NCBI RefSeq assembly: GCF_018977255.1
Contig: NW_024704743.1
Coordinates: forward strand, 51,462,001 to 51,526,000
DNA: 64,000 nt
Source of the DNA: Callorhinchus milii
Lineage: Eukaryota
Direction: 5' to 3'
Position numbers and translations under genes: made by a program. Positions 61,255 to 64,000 of the stretch are shown one piece after another (the first letter of the stretch is position 1; every line of letters starts with the position of its first letter). The notes under the pieces were generated by a model. That model had not been told where the DNA came from. It worked only from the letters and a program-made list of their open reading frames with translations, and ran no database searches.

Positions 61255-64000
61255 GTACCAGTGTCTCCCTCCCTCCCACCCTCTGCCTGTCTGCCCTGTC
61301 CTTCCCCTGTAGGCTGCTCATTGCTAACCACAATGAGCACTCTCCCACCTCTGCGCCAACTCTAGACCCCTCAGCCTCCTGCAGGCTGACAATGTCCTGC
61401 TAAACCCGCCGCCTCTTTTCCCAGAGTGTGCAACTTGGCTGGCTCCCCGAGCTGGCCCTCCCCCAAAATTCCCCCCTCCCTGCAATTCCCCCGCTCTGTC
61501 ATAATAATAATAATAATAATAATCCTTGCATTTGATATAGCGCTTTTCACGTCCTCTCGACTGTAGACTGTAAAGTGAATTGACCGTATATTTGTGGGCG
61601 AATATCTCTCTGTCCTGCTCTCTCTCCGTCCTCCCTGCTTCCTATCTCTGCTTGACCCCTCCCCCCACTGCCTCCCTCTGCTCCGGCCTGGGAATCCTCT
61701 GCAGGGCTCATCATGGCACTCAGCATTGGCTGTCCAGCGGCAGCCACACCGACTGCCTCATTCCCCATTACCGCCGCAAGCCACCCTGGACCCAGACCCT
61801 GGGGGCTAACCTCTCCTCCCTCATCCTCATCCCCACCTTTCTTGCCAACCAATCCACTACCCCCTCCCATCCCACACATCCCCCTGCCAACTGTCCGCTC
61901 CGTATTGGAGTTCAAAATGTCCGCTCCATCTCCAACAAGACCCTGGCCATCAATGAACTCATCCTCGATGAGAACATTGACATCATGGCACTCAAAGAAA
62001 CCTGGATCATCCCAGGTGACACCTTCCCCCTCACTGAGGCCACACCACCCAGGTACACCTACCACCATACCCCATGCCCCAATCTTCGTGGCGGTGGTGT
62101 GGCCCTCATATCCAGGGCATCACTTACCCTATCCCCCTACTCCACCAGCTCGTTCCCCTCTTTTGAACACCTTACCCTCTGCCATCCCTCCCACCTCTCT
62201 CCGAAAATTCTCTTACTTTACCGTCCCCCAAAATCCTCTCCCACCTTCATCTCTGACATCTCCACCCTCTTTGCTTCCCTTTGCCGCTGCTCCGACCACC
62301 TCATCATCCTAGGCGATTTCAATCTCCATTTCAGCCTCTCCTGCTCCATCTCCTCAGACTTCTCCTCTCTCCTCTCCTCTCCTCTCTCAACCTTTCCCTC
62401 CACATCCACTCTGCTACCCACACCCATGTTCACCTGCTCGACCTAGAGATCACCCGGGGCCTCAGTGTCTCGGATGTCACCTCACTGACAAGGCCAATTC
62501 TGATCACCATTTCACCTCCGTCAACTCCCATATCCCTCTCCCCACTGCCTCCAAACTTACCACCATCTTCCGTGGAAGAAGATCTCCCCGCAACCCTCTC
62601 CGCTGCCCTGGAGTCCTCTGATCTCTTCCCCCTCTGGCCCACCTCTCACAACAATCCACTCACTGCACTCACTCTTCTCCACAGCACCCTCTCCACCACA
62701 CTCGATGTCCTTGCCCCCCTCACCTCCCGAACTGCCTCCCATTCCCGATCCTCACCCTGATTCACCAGCCACCTCCACTTACTTAAGGGCCAGGTGTGGT
62801 CTGCCGAACGCACTTGCTCAAATTTGGACTAACCGTCCACCACTACATCTGGCTGGACCTCATCAAGAACTACCGCTCCGCTCTCGCCTCAGCCAAATCA
62901 TCCTTCTATTCCAGGTTAATCCTGGAGGCGAAACACAATCCCAGGCTCCTGTTCTCCACCACTAACCGGCTTCTCCGCTCTCCCCAACACACCTTGCAGA
63001 TACTTTCCTCTGACTTTCACTGCGAGAAAATGCTGGACTTCCTCGAGTCCAAATTCGAGTGAATCCGCTCAGCTGCCACTGCCCTCCCAACTTCCAACCC
63101 CTCCTACCCCCACCCCACACAATTACCCATCCCTCCTTCCACACCTTTGAACCTGTCACCCCCTCCTCTGTCTTCAACATGGTAACCTCCATGAAGTCCA
63201 CCACCTGCTCCCGCGACCCCATCCCTACCTCTCTCTTTAAATCCCAGCTCCACCTCCTTGCCCCACTACTCGCCGACATCATTAGCCTCTCCCTGTCATC
63301 TGGCACTGTTCCTTCCCCCTCAAAACAGCCATTATCACTTCCACCTTGAAGAAACCTTCCCTTGACTCATCACAGCTATCTAGCAACCGGCAAATCTCCC
63401 TTTCCTATCCAAGGTCCTTGAGAGAGCCATTGCCTCCCAGCTTCGCTCTTTCCTCTCCTCCCACTCCCTCCATGAACCTCTCCAATTGAGTTTCCATGAT
63501 GCCCACAGCACAGAGGGCACAGAGCTCTGGTCAAGGCCACAAACGACATCCTGACCATGTGTGACCAGGGCTCCCTCTGCCTCCTCATCCTCCTCGAACT
63601 CTCCGCCGCCTTTGACACTGTGGATCACTCAATCCTCCTCCTCTGCCTCTAATCCCACCTCAACCTTCAAGGTTCTGTCCTTGACTGGTTCAAGTCCTAC
63701 CTTTCACACCGCCTCCACTTCCTCGCGGCAAACGGCTTCTCCTCCAGCTCCCGCACCGTCTAGTGCGGTGTTCCTCAGGGTTCTGTCCTCGGTCCCCTCC
63801 TCTTCACCCTTTACATGCTCCCCTTTGGTAACATCATCCACAGATATGGGGTAAATTTCCACATGTATGCGGATGACACCCAACTCTACCTCTCTGCCTC
63901 CACCCTCAACTCCAGGACCACTGGCGTCCTGACCGACTGCCTGTCCGACATTACGTCCTGGACGAGGGCCAACTTTCTCCAACTCAACGTCAGCAAAACC
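61255..64000 (+). mobile_element. L2-clade LINE, decayed, with APE endonuclease and RT; continues past the window end
   Basis: ORF 61580-62446 has APE motifs QNVRSI, LKETW, GGGVAL, YRPP and LGDFN. Downstream frames give [32 protein letters not shown] and [10 protein letters not shown] (YADD at 63866-63877). The coding strand is C-rich, with many frameshifts. The 5' boundary is approximate, set where the C-rich composition starts. Confidence 0.95.
61501..61603 (-). mobile_element. SINE family A 3' fragment inserted into the 5' part of the L2
   Basis: (ATA)n-atccttgcatttgatatagcgcttttcacgtc...tttgtgggcgaa. The direct repeat ctctgtc occurs at 61494-61500 and 61608-61614. Confidence 0.9.

Noticed and set aside
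61547..62068. 173-aa Gly/Glu-rich minus-strand ORF and similar antisense ORFs over both L2s and the Penelope element
   Set aside because: These are shadow frames of C-rich retroelement strands, which contain few stop codons.
61580..62446. 288-aa ORF as a host gene
   Set aside because: It starts at a TTG inside an inserted SINE fragment and is the frameshifted L2 endonuclease.

Overview
Vertebrate nuclear DNA with no protein-coding exon or RNA gene that I can support. The repeat content (L2 and CR1 LINEs, Deu-domain SINEs, a young tRNA-headed SINE with an (ATT)n tail, a Penelope-like element) points to a cartilaginous fish, plausibly a chimaera such as the elephant shark. That assignment is from recall of repeat families, not a search. 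The large features are two decayed L2 LINEs (about 5169-7066 on minus; about 61255-64000 on plus, running off the window) and a rearranged Penelope-like element with an inverted arm (55243-56910). There are also three SINE families, several nested inside one another with visible target-site duplications (TSDs). Repeat-poor, motif-dense islands (about 28.9-29.6, 46.7-47.7, 48.4-49.1 and 57-60.2 kb) look like conserved non-coding elements of a gene desert or large intron, but conservation cannot be shown from one sequence. The most interesting signal is three copies of a minimal hammerhead-ribozyme-like motif from the Penelope terminal repeat; two are 90-135 bp stand-alone, TSD-flanked insertions that begin at or inside the hammerhead core. 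I found no convincing wholly new biological system. Element boundaries were read by eye and are approximate unless a TSD is quoted.
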